NCBI GenBank assembly: GCA_003979345.1 | Contig: RYVZ01000019.1 | Span: 499-64,498, forward strand | Origin: Lachnospiraceae bacterium | GTDB lineage: Bacteria; Bacillota; Clostridia; Lachnospirales; Lachnospiraceae | Direction: 5' to 3' | DNA: 64,000 nucleotides | Shown here: piece by piece, positions 1 to 9,560 of the stretch | How positions within the stretch are numbered: position 1 is the first letter of the stretch | How the letters are laid out: every line of letters begins with the position of its first letter | The notes under the pieces: model-generated | What the model was told of the DNA's origin: nothing | What the model saw: only the letters and a program-made list of their open reading frames with translations | Databases searched by the model: none | Made by a program: the position numbers and the translations under genes

Positions 1-37
1 AGCCCGCCTGCACGAATACAGCTGATCCGCCTTTCGA

Positions 38-856
38 ATGTTCACGAAACGGATGGCATACAATATGAAAAAAGGCAGGAACACTCCTATGGAATCAATT
101 TTATCCGGACATGACGGAGAGAGGGATGATACCTCGGTGGATTTCGACACGCTTTTTGATACAAAAGCGCTTCGCATCATGCGGGTACTGATTCCTTTTT
201 TTCCTGCGCCTTATCAGCCAATGCTCGCTGTATGGATTCGTTTCGCACAGTTAAAACATGCGCTCACACTCTTAAAATCGGGACACTTTACGCATGGTGC
301 GGCAGATCCGTCTACTACAGGTGAAGACCTGCTCACACGCCTGATACCTGCATTAAAACCCTGCCTGTCTGAGTCCGAATATCAGGAATTAGTCCGTATG
401 CAGAACGTGTTTGCCATGTATCAGCGCTTTCAGCAGATCATGCCGTATCTGTCTGCGTTAAACGGAATGTCCGGCGATTCGTCCGCTGCCGATATGATGA
501 ATCTCTTTCAGGCAATGCAGGGCGGCGATGATTCGTCCGCTGCCGACTTATGGAGCGCATTTTCGTCTATGCAGAACAGCAGCTCCTCAGAAGCTGATAC
601 AATGAGTGCCGCCTCTGATATGCAGGACAGCGGCACAGATGATACGGATCATCGTCATACAGCTCATTCAGATACAAAAGCTTCAGCTTCCCAAAGCACA
701 CAAAGCACGGGAAGCGGTATGGATATGAACAGTATATTGAATTTGATCTCTCTCTTCCAATCGTCAGCCGGTACGTCTGACGACAGGGAAGAACCTTCAA
801 ACACTTCAGAAAGGCAGGATGAACCGGAACATGAACAAAGATTGGATGAACGATGA
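38..856 (+). CDS. hypothetical protein with a Ser/Asp-rich low-complexity C-terminal half
   Basis: 272-aa ORF. It carries an 18-aa tandem motif (GDSSAADMMNLFQAMQ / DDSSAADLWSAFSSMQ) encoded by a 54-nt-period DNA repeat (gattcgtccgctgccga at 476-492 and 530-546). No catalytic motif recognised. Confidence 0.45.
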   Translation: MFTKRMAYNMKKGRNTPMESILSGHDGERDDTSVDFDTLFDTKALRIMRVLIPFFPAPYQPMLAVWIRFAQLKHALTLLKSGHFTHGAADPSTTGEDLLTRLIPALKPCLSESEYQELVRMQNVFAMYQRFQQIMPYLSALNGMSGDSSAADMMNLFQAMQGGDDSSAADLWSAFSSMQNSSSSEADTMSAASDMQDSGTDDTDHRHTAHSDTKASASQSTQSTGSGMDMNSILNLISLFQSSAGTSDDREEPSNTSERQDEPEHEQRLDER

Positions 857-1097
857 GGCGCTTTCTCACATTGAGCGCAGAAAACTGGATTTTCTACATA
901 CGCTCGTGATTGAAAGCGCCTCGCTTAAACAAAAAGAACTTCTTCCGTTTTTTCTTTCCCTCGCCAAACGCGGGCAAAGTGAAAACATTCAATTTTCAAA
1001 AGAAGAGATACGCCTGATCTCAGACGTCATTAAAAAGAACAGCTCTGAGGCGGATCGTACAAAAATAGATAAAATATTAAACATCGCACCTCATTAA
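846..1097 (+). CDS. small hypothetical protein (83 aa from ATG 846; the ORF opens at 819)
   Basis: The ATG at 846 overlaps the upstream ORF stop (854-856) by 11 nt, which suggests translational coupling. No motif recognised. Confidence 0.4.
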   Translation: MNDEALSHIERRKLDFLHTLVIESASLKQKELLPFFLSLAKRGQSENIQFSKEEIRLISDVIKKNSSEADRTKIDKILNIAPH

Positions 1098-1100
1098 GAT

Positions 1101-2768
1101 TTATGGTTCAAATGCCGTGACTGTCTTTAAGGTGCTTCCCGTATCCTCGTAGTAGATCGTGATCGTATCACCCGCTTCTATGCGGATGATGCCAAGCAGA
1201 TCTTCCTTTGTCATGTCAAAGTCAAAGATGTCTTCCACACCATCAAGACTCAGATAAAAATGAGTATTGCCTTCCATGACAACGGATGCATAAGATTCAA
1301 CTGTCCCCGTTACGGAAGCACCGCCAGATGTCCCCGGCTGAGACTCAATTCCATTTGTACGCAGCAGCTCGCGGTAATTGCGTTCACACTCTTTTACCGT
1401 ATCGCCGGTTGCAACGATCTGATATTTCTGCACATTGACCATCGCATACATTTTAACAAGCCCTGCCGCATCCTTGAGCGCCATGATATAGGTCGGCTCG
1501 GACGCAATGTTGACCAGCAGCGGAAAGGTTGCGTTATAGTTTAAGTGCTGAACCTGACCCTGCGCTGAGGACATTGCCGAATCCTCGATCGCCCCTTCCA
1601 CAGTATAAAAGCGTGTCTCCATCGTACGCTGGTTCATCAGCACAAATCCAACATTGGATTGATCTCCGTTGACCGAAGTCACGCCCGTATAAACCCAAAC
1701 GTCATCATCCAGAGCCAGATAGTTATATCCATTCGTCGTCTGTACGCAGCCCCTCTGCCCCAGAATAGAATTGAAGTAACCATTTTTGAGCATGCCGTAA
1801 TAATCATAAAGCTGTACAAGCCTTTCTGCAGAATACACCTTATCTACCCATGTCGGCACGTCCTCTACATCATACGCCGTGCATTCTCCCGTGACCGCAT
1901 TGCAGAGCACGACCTTTCCAACCGTCTGTCCGCCAAAGAGTCCGATATTAAACTTTTTCACAGGGCATACCCAATAAGGCGTACCTTCTTCATTGATCTC
2001 AAAAAAGATCTGATCGTCGAAAATATAGGTCGGATAATGAAAACGAAGATGCCTGTAGAGATTTCGGTTAAAGTGCTCGCTTTTGGAATAACGGATCGGC
2101 TGATCAAGCTTAATGATCTGCGTATCCTGCGTCGTCATATCCATCAGCAGATACGCCGGAATGCCATTACTCTGATTCGTGATCCATTTGATCAGGCTCG
2201 CATATCGAAGCGGTGTGACGCGGACCGGTCTTCCATTATAGTTGATCTGCGTATATTCGTTATCCACTTCAAACTGCGATACCATGTCGATCATGGAGCC
2301 CATTTTGCGCTCGCCAAGGATGGTTGCTGAATCCTTGTCCAAAAGAGGGATCGTTGTATAGTCCACCTCTGCGATATCCGCCTGAAACTCACGTTCCTCA
2401 ACCGGCATCAGTCTCTGATATTTTCCGGCATTAACAATGGGCGAGGACAGGATCGAGCCAATGATATAGATCAGCAATACCACACCAAACAGAATGGCTC
2501 CCCATTTAGCACTCTTAAAAACTGCCTTATCACCGATATAGGAAATGCCTGTCTGAGAAAAAGAAAAATTTTTCTTTTTCATCTTGCTCAGCAGGTGTAA
2601 CAACGTTCCGATAAAAATAAGGAACAGTAAAAACTTCCAAAACCCTGCGCTGTGAATGTTACATGCAGGCAGCTTCACATAATAATAAACTGCACCGATC
2701 AATAATACCACAACCGCTATGATTACTTTAACGAGCAGTTTTTTATCCTTCATTTTTTTCTTTTCCAT
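1101..2768 (-). CDS. membrane protein of unknown function (N-terminal TM helices plus a large extracytoplasmic domain)
   Basis: 555-aa ORF. It has several hydrophobic helices in the first ~110 aa, followed by ~440 aa of soluble-looking sequence. No family name recalled with confidence. Confidence 0.7.
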   Translation of the reverse strand: MEKKKMKDKKLLVKVIIAVVVLLIGAVYYYVKLPACNIHSAGFWKFLLFLIFIGTLLHLLSKMKKKNFSFSQTGISYIGDKAVFKSAKWGAILFGVVLLIYIIGSILSSPIVNAGKYQRLMPVEEREFQADIAEVDYTTIPLLDKDSATILGERKMGSMIDMVSQFEVDNEYTQINYNGRPVRVTPLRYASLIKWITNQSNGIPAYLLMDMTTQDTQIIKLDQPIRYSKSEHFNRNLYRHLRFHYPTYIFDDQIFFEINEEGTPYWVCPVKKFNIGLFGGQTVGKVVLCNAVTGECTAYDVEDVPTWVDKVYSAERLVQLYDYYGMLKNGYFNSILGQRGCVQTTNGYNYLALDDDVWVYTGVTSVNGDQSNVGFVLMNQRTMETRFYTVEGAIEDSAMSSAQGQVQHLNYNATFPLLVNIASEPTYIMALKDAAGLVKMYAMVNVQKYQIVATGDTVKECERNYRELLRTNGIESQPGTSGGASVTGTVESYASVVMEGNTHFYLSLDGVEDIFDFDMTKEDLLGIIRIEAGDTITIYYEDTGSTLKTVTAFEP

Positions 2769-2871
2769 GTCGTCCGCTTCCCTTCTTAATGGATTCCCTC
2801 ATGTCTGCCATCTTCACCCATCTCAATGAAATACAGAAACTACAGCGTAAAAACGCTTGTGCCAGTGCCGT

Positions 2872-3963
2872 CTATGATACATAGACCTGATACTGCAGCT
2901 TAATCAGCAGCTTCTTTGCTTCCGCGCGCGCTGTACCGTCGTAAAATTCGACGCGAAGAACGCCCTCTTCATACTCCCGGTTATGAATGATACCAATATT
3001 TTTGATACTGAGCCCGTGCTCTGCGAGAATAGACGCAATCGCTGCGATGGTTCCGGGTGCATCGGGAATATCTACATGCAGTGCATACACAGGACGGAGC
3101 GCACCTGCATCCGACATCTGAAAAGAATCCCGGTAATCACGCGCACCGCTGAAAAATTCCCGGATGCCCTTCCCATCCCGCTCCTCTATCGTATTGCGGA
3201 TCGCATTCAGCGACGCGATATAGGTGTCCAAAAGTTTCTTCACTTTCTCTGTATTCGCCATGCAGATCGCTTCCCACATCACTGGCGACGAGGACGCGAT
3301 TCTCGTAATATCGCGGAAGCCGCCCGCTGCAATCATTTTCATCACGCCGTCATCCTTATCCTCTTCCCTCACCAGATTGACCAGCGCCGCCGCGATCACA
3401 TGGGGCAGATGCGAGACCGCTGCCGTCACATAATCATGCTTTTCCGGCGTCATCACAAGCGGAATCGCCCGCATACATCTGATCAGACGCTCATATTTTT
3501 GGAGCTGTTCCTCATTCGTCTGCTCAGTCGGAGTTATGATATAATACACATTTTCAAACAAGTCTGCATCCGCATGCTCATATCCGGTCTTCTCGCTTCC
3601 TGCCATCGGGTGTCCGCCGATAAATCGCGATTCCAGCCCAAGCCTTGAAATATGTGTATGAATGTCCCCCTTCACGCTCCCGACATCCGTCAATATCGCA
3701 TCTTCTTTCATCACAGCGGCAATCTGATCCAGATTCCCGTCATTTTCTGATACGGGTGCGCATAAAAAAATCATATCACATGCGCCAAACGTCTCTTTTG
3801 TCACGCCGTCTGCAGCTTCATCGATACAGCCTTCCTTTTTTGCCAGTATAAGCGCACCCCGGTCAATGTCATATGCCGTGATGCCGGTTTCCGGCGCCGC
3901 CGCCCGGAGCGCTTTTGCGATCGACCCGCCGATCAGTCCAAGTCCTATCAAACCGATTTTCAT
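2872..3963 (-). CDS. tyrA: prephenate dehydrogenase with C-terminal ACT-like domain
   Basis: Rossmann motif MKIGLIGLGLIGGS and GGHPMAGSE core, with a ~70-aa ACT-like tail. The ORF opens at 4014, but the MKIGLIG start at 3963 fits the family. The RBS is weak, so the start is uncertain. Confidence 0.85.
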   Translation of the reverse strand: MKIGLIGLGLIGGSIAKALRAAAPETGITAYDIDRGALILAKKEGCIDEAADGVTKETFGACDMIFLCAPVSENDGNLDQIAAVMKEDAILTDVGSVKGDIHTHISRLGLESRFIGGHPMAGSEKTGYEHADADLFENVYYIITPTEQTNEEQLQKYERLIRCMRAIPLVMTPEKHDYVTAAVSHLPHVIAAALVNLVREEDKDDGVMKMIAAGGFRDITRIASSSPVMWEAICMANTEKVKKLLDTYIASLNAIRNTIEERDGKGIREFFSGARDYRDSFQMSDAGALRPVYALHVDIPDAPGTIAAIASILAEHGLSIKNIGIIHNREYEEGVLRVEFYDGTARAEAKKLLIKLQYQVYVS

Positions 3964-4221
3964 ATTTCGTATCCGCATTCCTTCCACGATCAGGGATTTT
4001 TGACAAAGCAACACTCCCGATCATCGCTCTCTTATCACTTTTGATGCAATTTTATGACCTCTCGGCAGACTTCACGAAAAAACAGGGCTGGCATACGCCC
4101 GCCCATGCTCTTTCCCGCTGATCCCCATACATAACGCAAGTCTTGCTTACGATATGCATAAATGAAAATTGTAAATCTTTCATTTCAATCTATCAATATT
4201 TGCCGTATGTGGTATGTCATA

Positions 4222-4560
4222 TCATTCCTGAAAACGTTTTACCATCTCATAGACTTCAATCCGCTTTGCATCAATCTCCGGCATGCCGACAAAAATACCG
4301 CCGTACTGATAACCGCCCTCCTCCAGTTTTACAATGCGGACAATCTCAATAAACGCATGAATGATTTCCTTTGTCCAAATCGTCAGAAATGATTCATATA
4401 CCGCGCCGATCGTCAGCGCCTCAGCACAGGTAAAGCCCACGCCTGTCTTTGACACATCAGTAATATCAATTTCCAGTTCTTTCGCCTCGTCGGAATCCAG
4501 CCTCTTGGCAACCAGCTTCGACTTCAGTTCCATCCGTTGATTACGTCTTCTCTCTTCCAT
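4222..4560 (-). CDS. single-domain PilZ protein (putative c-di-GMP receptor)
   Basis: RxxxR motif (RRNQR) followed ~30 aa later by DxSxxG (DVSKTG). A strong RBS AAAGGAG lies 6 nt before the ATG at 4560. The listed ORF start at 4611 has no RBS. Confidence 0.75.
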   Translation of the reverse strand: MEERRRNQRMELKSKLVAKRLDSDEAKELEIDITDVSKTGVGFTCAEALTIGAVYESFLTIWTKEIIHAFIEIVRIVKLEEGGYQYGGIFVGMPEIDAKRIEVYEMVKRFQE

Positions 4561-4621
4561 TGGCAGCTCCTTTACACATTCCTCAAGCGGTCCGTCCGTA
4601 TATTGTTTCATTTACAAAGTC

Positions 4622-4650
4622 ATTGTATAACAGATTTGTGTTTTTGTAAA
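4622..4650 (-). promoter_or_regulatory. sigma-A type promoter for the PilZ gene (TTTACA-17-TACAAT)
   Basis: Minus-strand -35 TTTACA (4645-4650), 17-nt spacer, -10 TACAAT (4622-4627), about 60 nt upstream of the ATG at 4560. Confidence 0.5.
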
Positions 4651-4979
4651 GATAACCTTCCGCTTTACCTCGTCCCTGCACCGATATTTCCACTCCGTAC
4701 GATAAAGATTACGCGCCATCCCGTTTCTTTGCTGCAATCCCATCATCCCCTTTTCTCCTGTATCATTTTTCTGTTTGAAGCGGGTGGTACATCTTTCTTC
4801 ACTGACTCATACCACTTCACCCTGCAAAAGCAAATAGACCGTGCCAGTTAAAGCGCTGCCGTACTATCATTCAGATTCCATGATCTGCAACATTGCTTTT
4901 TATAAATTTCAGACATTGCAATGACCGATCCGTACAGAATGCAATCTGATTGTTTATCTTCACGCACGGATTTCCAATA

Positions 4980-6203
4980 TTATACCACGAACTTATGAAA
5001 TGTCTTTTTCCCTTTCTTTACAAGCAGCCCGTCTCCCGAAAGCTCCTGCTTCGTATATGCCTTTTTCACATCGGAAATCTTCTCATCCCCCGCAGACACG
5101 CCGCCCTGCTCGACTGCGCGCCTTGCCTCGGAACGGTTCTTTGTCATGCCGCCCTTGACAAGCAGCGCTAAAATGTCAATGCTCCCATCCGTGAAATCCT
5201 CGTCCGTCAGGGTCGTGGTCGGTATATGCTCCATATTCCCGCCGCCCGCAAACAACGCTTTCGACGCCTCTTTTGCTTTCCCGGCTTCTTCCTCTCCATG
5301 CACGAGTTTCGTCAGTTCATAGGCAAGAATCTCTTTTGCCTCGTTTAACTGCGCGCCCTCCCATGCATCCATCTCGTTGATCTGCTCAAGCGGCAGAAAC
5401 GTCAGCATACGGATGCATTTTAAGACATCGGCATCCGCGACATTCCTCCAGTACTGGTAAAACTCAAACGGGGAAGTCTTATCCGGATCAAGCCACACTG
5501 CACCGGACTGCGTTTTTCCCATTTTATTACCCTCTGAATTTAAGAGCAGTGTGATCGTCATCGCATGCGCGTCTTTGCCGAGTTTCCTTCTGATCAGCTC
5601 TGTTCCGCCGAGCATGTTGCTCCATTGATCGTCGCCGCCGAACTGCATATTGCAGTCGTAACGCTTGTAGAGCTCCAAAAAGTCATAGCTCTGCATGATC
5701 ATATAATTAAACTCCAAAAAGGAAAGTCCTTTCTCCATGCGCTGCTTATAACATTCCGCCGTCAGCATGCGGTTGACTGAAAAGCATGCGCCGACCTCAC
5801 GCAGAAGCTCGATATAGTTTAGTCCGAGCAGCCAGTCCGCATTATTCGCGAGAATCGCTTTTCCTTCCGAAAAGTCAATAAAGCGGCTCATCTGTTTCTT
5901 AAAGCATTCTACGTTGTGTTCGATCGTCTCGGTCGTCATCATCTGTCTCATGTCCGAACGTCCGGACGGATCGCCGACCATAGCCGTCCCGCCTCCGATC
6001 AGAACGATCGGCTTATTACCCGCCATCTGAAGGCGTTTCATCAGGCACAGCGCCATGAAATGTCCGACATGAAGGCTGTCTGCGGTCGGATCAAAGCCAA
6101 TATAGAATGTTGCCTTTCCCGCATTCACCATCTTGCGGATCTCTTCCTCGTTTGTCACCTGCGCAAGCAATCCTCTTGCCTGTAATTCTTCATAAACCTG
6201 CAT
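4980..6203 (-). CDS. tyrS: tyrosine--tRNA ligase
   Basis: HIGH motif (HVGH), KMSKS-type motif (KMGKT), C-terminal S4-like domain. RBS AAGGGAG upstream of the ATG. Confidence 0.95.
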   Translation of the reverse strand: MQVYEELQARGLLAQVTNEEEIRKMVNAGKATFYIGFDPTADSLHVGHFMALCLMKRLQMAGNKPIVLIGGGTAMVGDPSGRSDMRQMMTTETIEHNVECFKKQMSRFIDFSEGKAILANNADWLLGLNYIELLREVGACFSVNRMLTAECYKQRMEKGLSFLEFNYMIMQSYDFLELYKRYDCNMQFGGDDQWSNMLGGTELIRRKLGKDAHAMTITLLLNSEGNKMGKTQSGAVWLDPDKTSPFEFYQYWRNVADADVLKCIRMLTFLPLEQINEMDAWEGAQLNEAKEILAYELTKLVHGEEEAGKAKEASKALFAGGGNMEHIPTTTLTDEDFTDGSIDILALLVKGGMTKNRSEARRAVEQGGVSAGDEKISDVKKAYTKQELSGDGLLVKKGKKTFHKFVV

Positions 6204-6345
6204 TGTTTTAAGCTCCCTTCTATTTTCTGTTTGTCCTCTCTCCCTGCACAGCTTACATTGTTCTCTTCAAAGACTTTTCCATGCATCTGCCCGCGGTTGC
6301 GGGAACGACTTTCATATGCGAAAATCCTTTGCTTCTCTGCTGACC

Positions 6346-6730
6346 GCGCAAAAAGAACCCCGTCCTTTGTATAAAGGACGGGGTCTGATACCCGTGTTAC
6401 CACCTTTTTTCCCGCAGGGCTCACACAACTGCGGCTCATGCAGTACGGCGTCCGGCGCAATACGCGCGACTGCCGAAAACAAAAACTGCGCTCCGGGCTG
6501 TCGATCTGTATCCGCTTTGCGATACTGTCCTGCGATAACGGTCAGCTTCCGTTATGGCCTACAAGAACCCTCCGGTCCCTCGACGCGTGTTCCGTTCTGC
6601 CATAAAGCTCCAGGATGTATTCGCAATAAGCTTTCCGCGCGCCTCTCATCAACCGGCTGCTTTCTGTGCGTTCCCCTTACGGCTACTTGTTCCCTTCCAC
6701 ACCTTTGCTATTTGTTTTTCTATTAGATAT
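6346..6730 (-). promoter_or_regulatory. T-box riboswitch leader, probable Tyr (UAC) specifier, with terminator/antiterminator
   Basis: The minus strand reads AAAAAAGGTGGTAACACGGG (T-box, ~6385-6412). It is followed by the terminator ACCCCGTCCTTTATACAAAGGACGGGGT (6356-6384) and a T-run. A stem-I GA motif GTTGATGAGAG is present. The candidate specifier loop is GCGAA-UAC-A, with the codon at 6617-6619. Confidence 0.8.
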
Positions 6731-6736
6731 GTCTGC

Positions 6737-6765
6737 ATTATAGACAATTCGTTTTGCCGTGTCAA
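6737..6765 (-). promoter_or_regulatory. consensus sigma-A promoter (TTGACA-17-TATAAT) driving the tyrS leader
   Basis: Minus-strand TTGACA at 6760-6765, exact 17-nt spacer, TATAAT at 6737-6742. Confidence 0.65.
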
Positions 6766-6784
6766 CAACTATTTATATTTTACT

Positions 6785-9445
6785 TCAAACCGAAAAGTTT
6801 AATACAACCTTGAACAAATCTCCGTCAATTTTAATTTCTAAGGTTCCGTGCATGACATTCATCAGGCTCTGGGCAATGGAAAGGCCAAGTCCGTTCCCCT
6901 CCGTACCACGGGATGCATCCCCGCGCACAAACCGCTCTGTCAACTCCTCCGGCGGTATGTTGAGAGGATATTCGGAAATATTTTTTAATTCCATTCGGAA
7001 CATCGGCTCCGGCGTGCGGAACATACTGAAATAGACTCTCGTGTGGGGCATCGCATATTTACACAGATTACTGAACAAATTTGAAATCACACGCCATACA
7101 TAACGACTGTCTCCAATGAAGGAATCCTCCGCCTTATCTTCCGGCAGGCTGAGGATCAGCGTCAGTTCCTTTGCTGCAAATTTTTCCTCATACTCCGCCG
7201 CGATCTGTTGTACAAGCTCTGTGGCGCTCATGCGGACCAATTCTGCCGAAACGTTTCCGCTCGTGATCCTGCTTGCCTCCACCAGATCCTCTGTCAATTG
7301 CTTTAAGCGCGCTGATTTCTCGTCCAGTACCTGAAGATATTTATGTGCGTTTTCCGACTCGATCGGTTCTTTTTTCAGTAAATCGACATAATTGATGATC
7401 GAGGTCAGCGGCGTTCTGACATCATGCGATACATTGGCGATCAGTTCCGTTCTCATCCGTTCATCCTTTACGGATTTTTCAACCGCCCTTGAAATGCCGA
7501 GATCCATATCATTGACAAGCTCCGCAGTACGCCTGTTCATCCCGTGAAACCGTTCGGTATTGAGCACATCCCCTCTGCTTCCCTGCACGGTGCGCTCCAT
7601 ATGTTTTCTTAATGCATCCTGCTCCTTAAAATAAGCAAGAACCGCCGCGCCGATCGCAAGATCCGCAAGTGTAAGAACCACAAGCAGAAGCACATATCCG
7701 TCAGCCCCGATCAATACGCCGATCAGATTCACGAATAAAAACGCAAGATATCCAACCACCCATTTGATCTTGCCGTCAACGATCCCTGACAGTTTTTTCA
7801 ATTTACTCCAAATCCACAAAAAAGCTTTTTTCAAATAAACAAGGATAAATCGAAGCAGGCTCTTTTTGTAAAGCGTCCTCTTTTTGATCCTATGGACCAT
7901 CTCAAGATAGAAATACAACCCAAACGATGCAACGACTGTCACAGTGACAGCAGCAAGGACAAACATTCCGCCGCCGCTTAAATAAATACCGGCTTCATTC
8001 CCGATTTCATAATACTCCCAGTACCATTCCGCCAAAGGCTCCAGAAAATGCCACGCGATATAAATAGCACCGGTAATCGGTATAAGGATTGCCGGAAGGA
8101 GTATCGTGAACCAGTTATCGATCGTTCTCGCCGCTGCTTCTTCCCGTCCTTCCAGCATCGTTCTTCTGATCAATGCAGTTAAAAACAGGCATACCCCTGC
8201 GATAAATGCCGTAAACATTCCTGCCGTCATGTTCTTGATCAGTCCGTACCAGTTTCCCATGCGCCAAAGCAGATCCTCCTGGGAAAAATCCGCATCCAGC
8301 ACAAGGTAAAGCCGTTCTCCGCCCAACAGACCGATCTGCCTGCATAGCGCATCCTCATAGAGCGATATATCGTTTTTCCCAACTGAGATCGTGCCTGTGC
8401 CAACGTGATGCACAGCGTAGTATTCCTTCTGTGTCACATAGTCATAAAGGATTCGGTTCAGCTCATCCGCATCCCCGCTCAGCGTAACCTCATCCCCGTT
8501 CAGGTTACTGTATACCAGACCGACAGCAGGATTCACCACGGCAATACCAAGATTGCCCTGTACTGCGTCCTGATCCGCATAATAGCTGTACATCCCCGCA
8601 ACATACATCAACAGTTCTCTCAAATACGACGTGTATTCCGACAAAGTGCCCAGATCACCCGCATGAAGATACAGACTCTTTCCATCGGTCGGAAGGGCAA
8701 GCTCATAATACACGCATTCCTTCTGTATGGTCACGCCGGCAGCGTTCATCAGTATGGCATTGAGTTCTTCATAATTGACAATATCATAAGGATCTTTCTG
8801 TTTTTTTTCATAAACGGCATCAAACTGCTGTGGAATCAGCCATTGTGTCACAAACTCGCTGCGCTTCCATCTGAGCAGATCACCGATCCGATAAGTAATC
8901 CCCGTCTCCGGCACTCCCTCATTCCGCATAGAAACATAGGCAAGATCGATCATTTTGTCCTCATCATATCTGCCGTCCGTCTCAAACAATTGCCTCGCAT
9001 GCGCCTGCGTCGCCAGTGAGGTAGCTTCCACAAAAAGAGCATCCTTATAGATCTGTGAATCCGTATAACCGGACGTCGTCATGACCTCGGCAAGTACGTC
9101 TCCGACCGCATAGGAAGAAAAATCGTCATCCATATCCATCACGCCAAACAGCAGCAGCTCTCCCATCACGCTCAGCACGATCAGCAGTGCGCCGGTCAGA
9201 CACATGACGTTTTGAAATTTCCGACTGTTCCAAAGCCTGTTCTTCCGTTTACCGCCCTCTTTTTGCTTTTTTGACTGCGCGGTCTTATCGCTGCCTCTCT
9301 CCGGCTCCCGCTCTTCCGGCATGATTTCTCCGCTGTTTTCTTTTATTTCTTGCTCTTTTGGCATGATCTTTCCTATGTTTACTTCTATTTCCTTCCCTTC
9401 CGGCATAACGTCCTTGCCGACCTCTTCCATTCCCCGCTCTTTCAT
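6785..9445 (-). CDS. sensor histidine kinase (large extracytoplasmic domain, multi-TM block, HisKA + HATPase_c)
   Basis: H-box VSHDVRTPLTSI with N/G boxes at the C-terminus (GNGLGLSIA). RBS GGGAGG lies 6 nt before the ATG at 9445. It sits downstream of an OmpR-type regulator. Confidence 0.9.
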   Translation of the reverse strand: MKERGMEEVGKDVMPEGKEIEVNIGKIMPKEQEIKENSGEIMPEEREPERGSDKTAQSKKQKEGGKRKNRLWNSRKFQNVMCLTGALLIVLSVMGELLLFGVMDMDDDFSSYAVGDVLAEVMTTSGYTDSQIYKDALFVEATSLATQAHARQLFETDGRYDEDKMIDLAYVSMRNEGVPETGITYRIGDLLRWKRSEFVTQWLIPQQFDAVYEKKQKDPYDIVNYEELNAILMNAAGVTIQKECVYYELALPTDGKSLYLHAGDLGTLSEYTSYLRELLMYVAGMYSYYADQDAVQGNLGIAVVNPAVGLVYSNLNGDEVTLSGDADELNRILYDYVTQKEYYAVHHVGTGTISVGKNDISLYEDALCRQIGLLGGERLYLVLDADFSQEDLLWRMGNWYGLIKNMTAGMFTAFIAGVCLFLTALIRRTMLEGREEAAARTIDNWFTILLPAILIPITGAIYIAWHFLEPLAEWYWEYYEIGNEAGIYLSGGGMFVLAAVTVTVVASFGLYFYLEMVHRIKKRTLYKKSLLRFILVYLKKAFLWIWSKLKKLSGIVDGKIKWVVGYLAFLFVNLIGVLIGADGYVLLLVVLTLADLAIGAAVLAYFKEQDALRKHMERTVQGSRGDVLNTERFHGMNRRTAELVNDMDLGISRAVEKSVKDERMRTELIANVSHDVRTPLTSIINYVDLLKKEPIESENAHKYLQVLDEKSARLKQLTEDLVEASRITSGNVSAELVRMSATELVQQIAAEYEEKFAAKELTLILSLPEDKAEDSFIGDSRYVWRVISNLFSNLCKYAMPHTRVYFSMFRTPEPMFRMELKNISEYPLNIPPEELTERFVRGDASRGTEGNGLGLSIAQSLMNVMHGTLEIKIDGDLFKVVLNFSV

Positions 9446-9560
9446 GCTTTTCCTCCCTTTTCTCCAACTTGCAGAAACGCTGGTGAAAGCGTTTCATGCG
9501 CCGGATCCGTGCCGCAAAAGCGGCAAAAATACAAGTGCCGGGGGATCACAGCATGCGCAG

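Noticed and set aside
1659-2330. Long antisense ORFs opposite well-supported genes (also 9321-9764, 10401-11129, 35430-35942, 39894-40439, 53055-53690, 61392-62057)
   Set aside because: Each is fully embedded antisense in a gene with clear family motifs. They lack an RBS and have Arg/His/Ile-rich shadow-frame composition.
4775-4830. T-box-like GCGGGTGGTAC on the plus strand
   Set aside because: No plus-strand gene follows it, because it runs antisense into tyrS. No stem-I elements or terminator were found, so it is probably a chance match.
6155-6726. ORFs 6155..6460 (minus) and 6316..6726 (plus)
   Set aside because: Both lie within the tyrS T-box leader RNA. Their composition is consistent with non-coding structured RNA.
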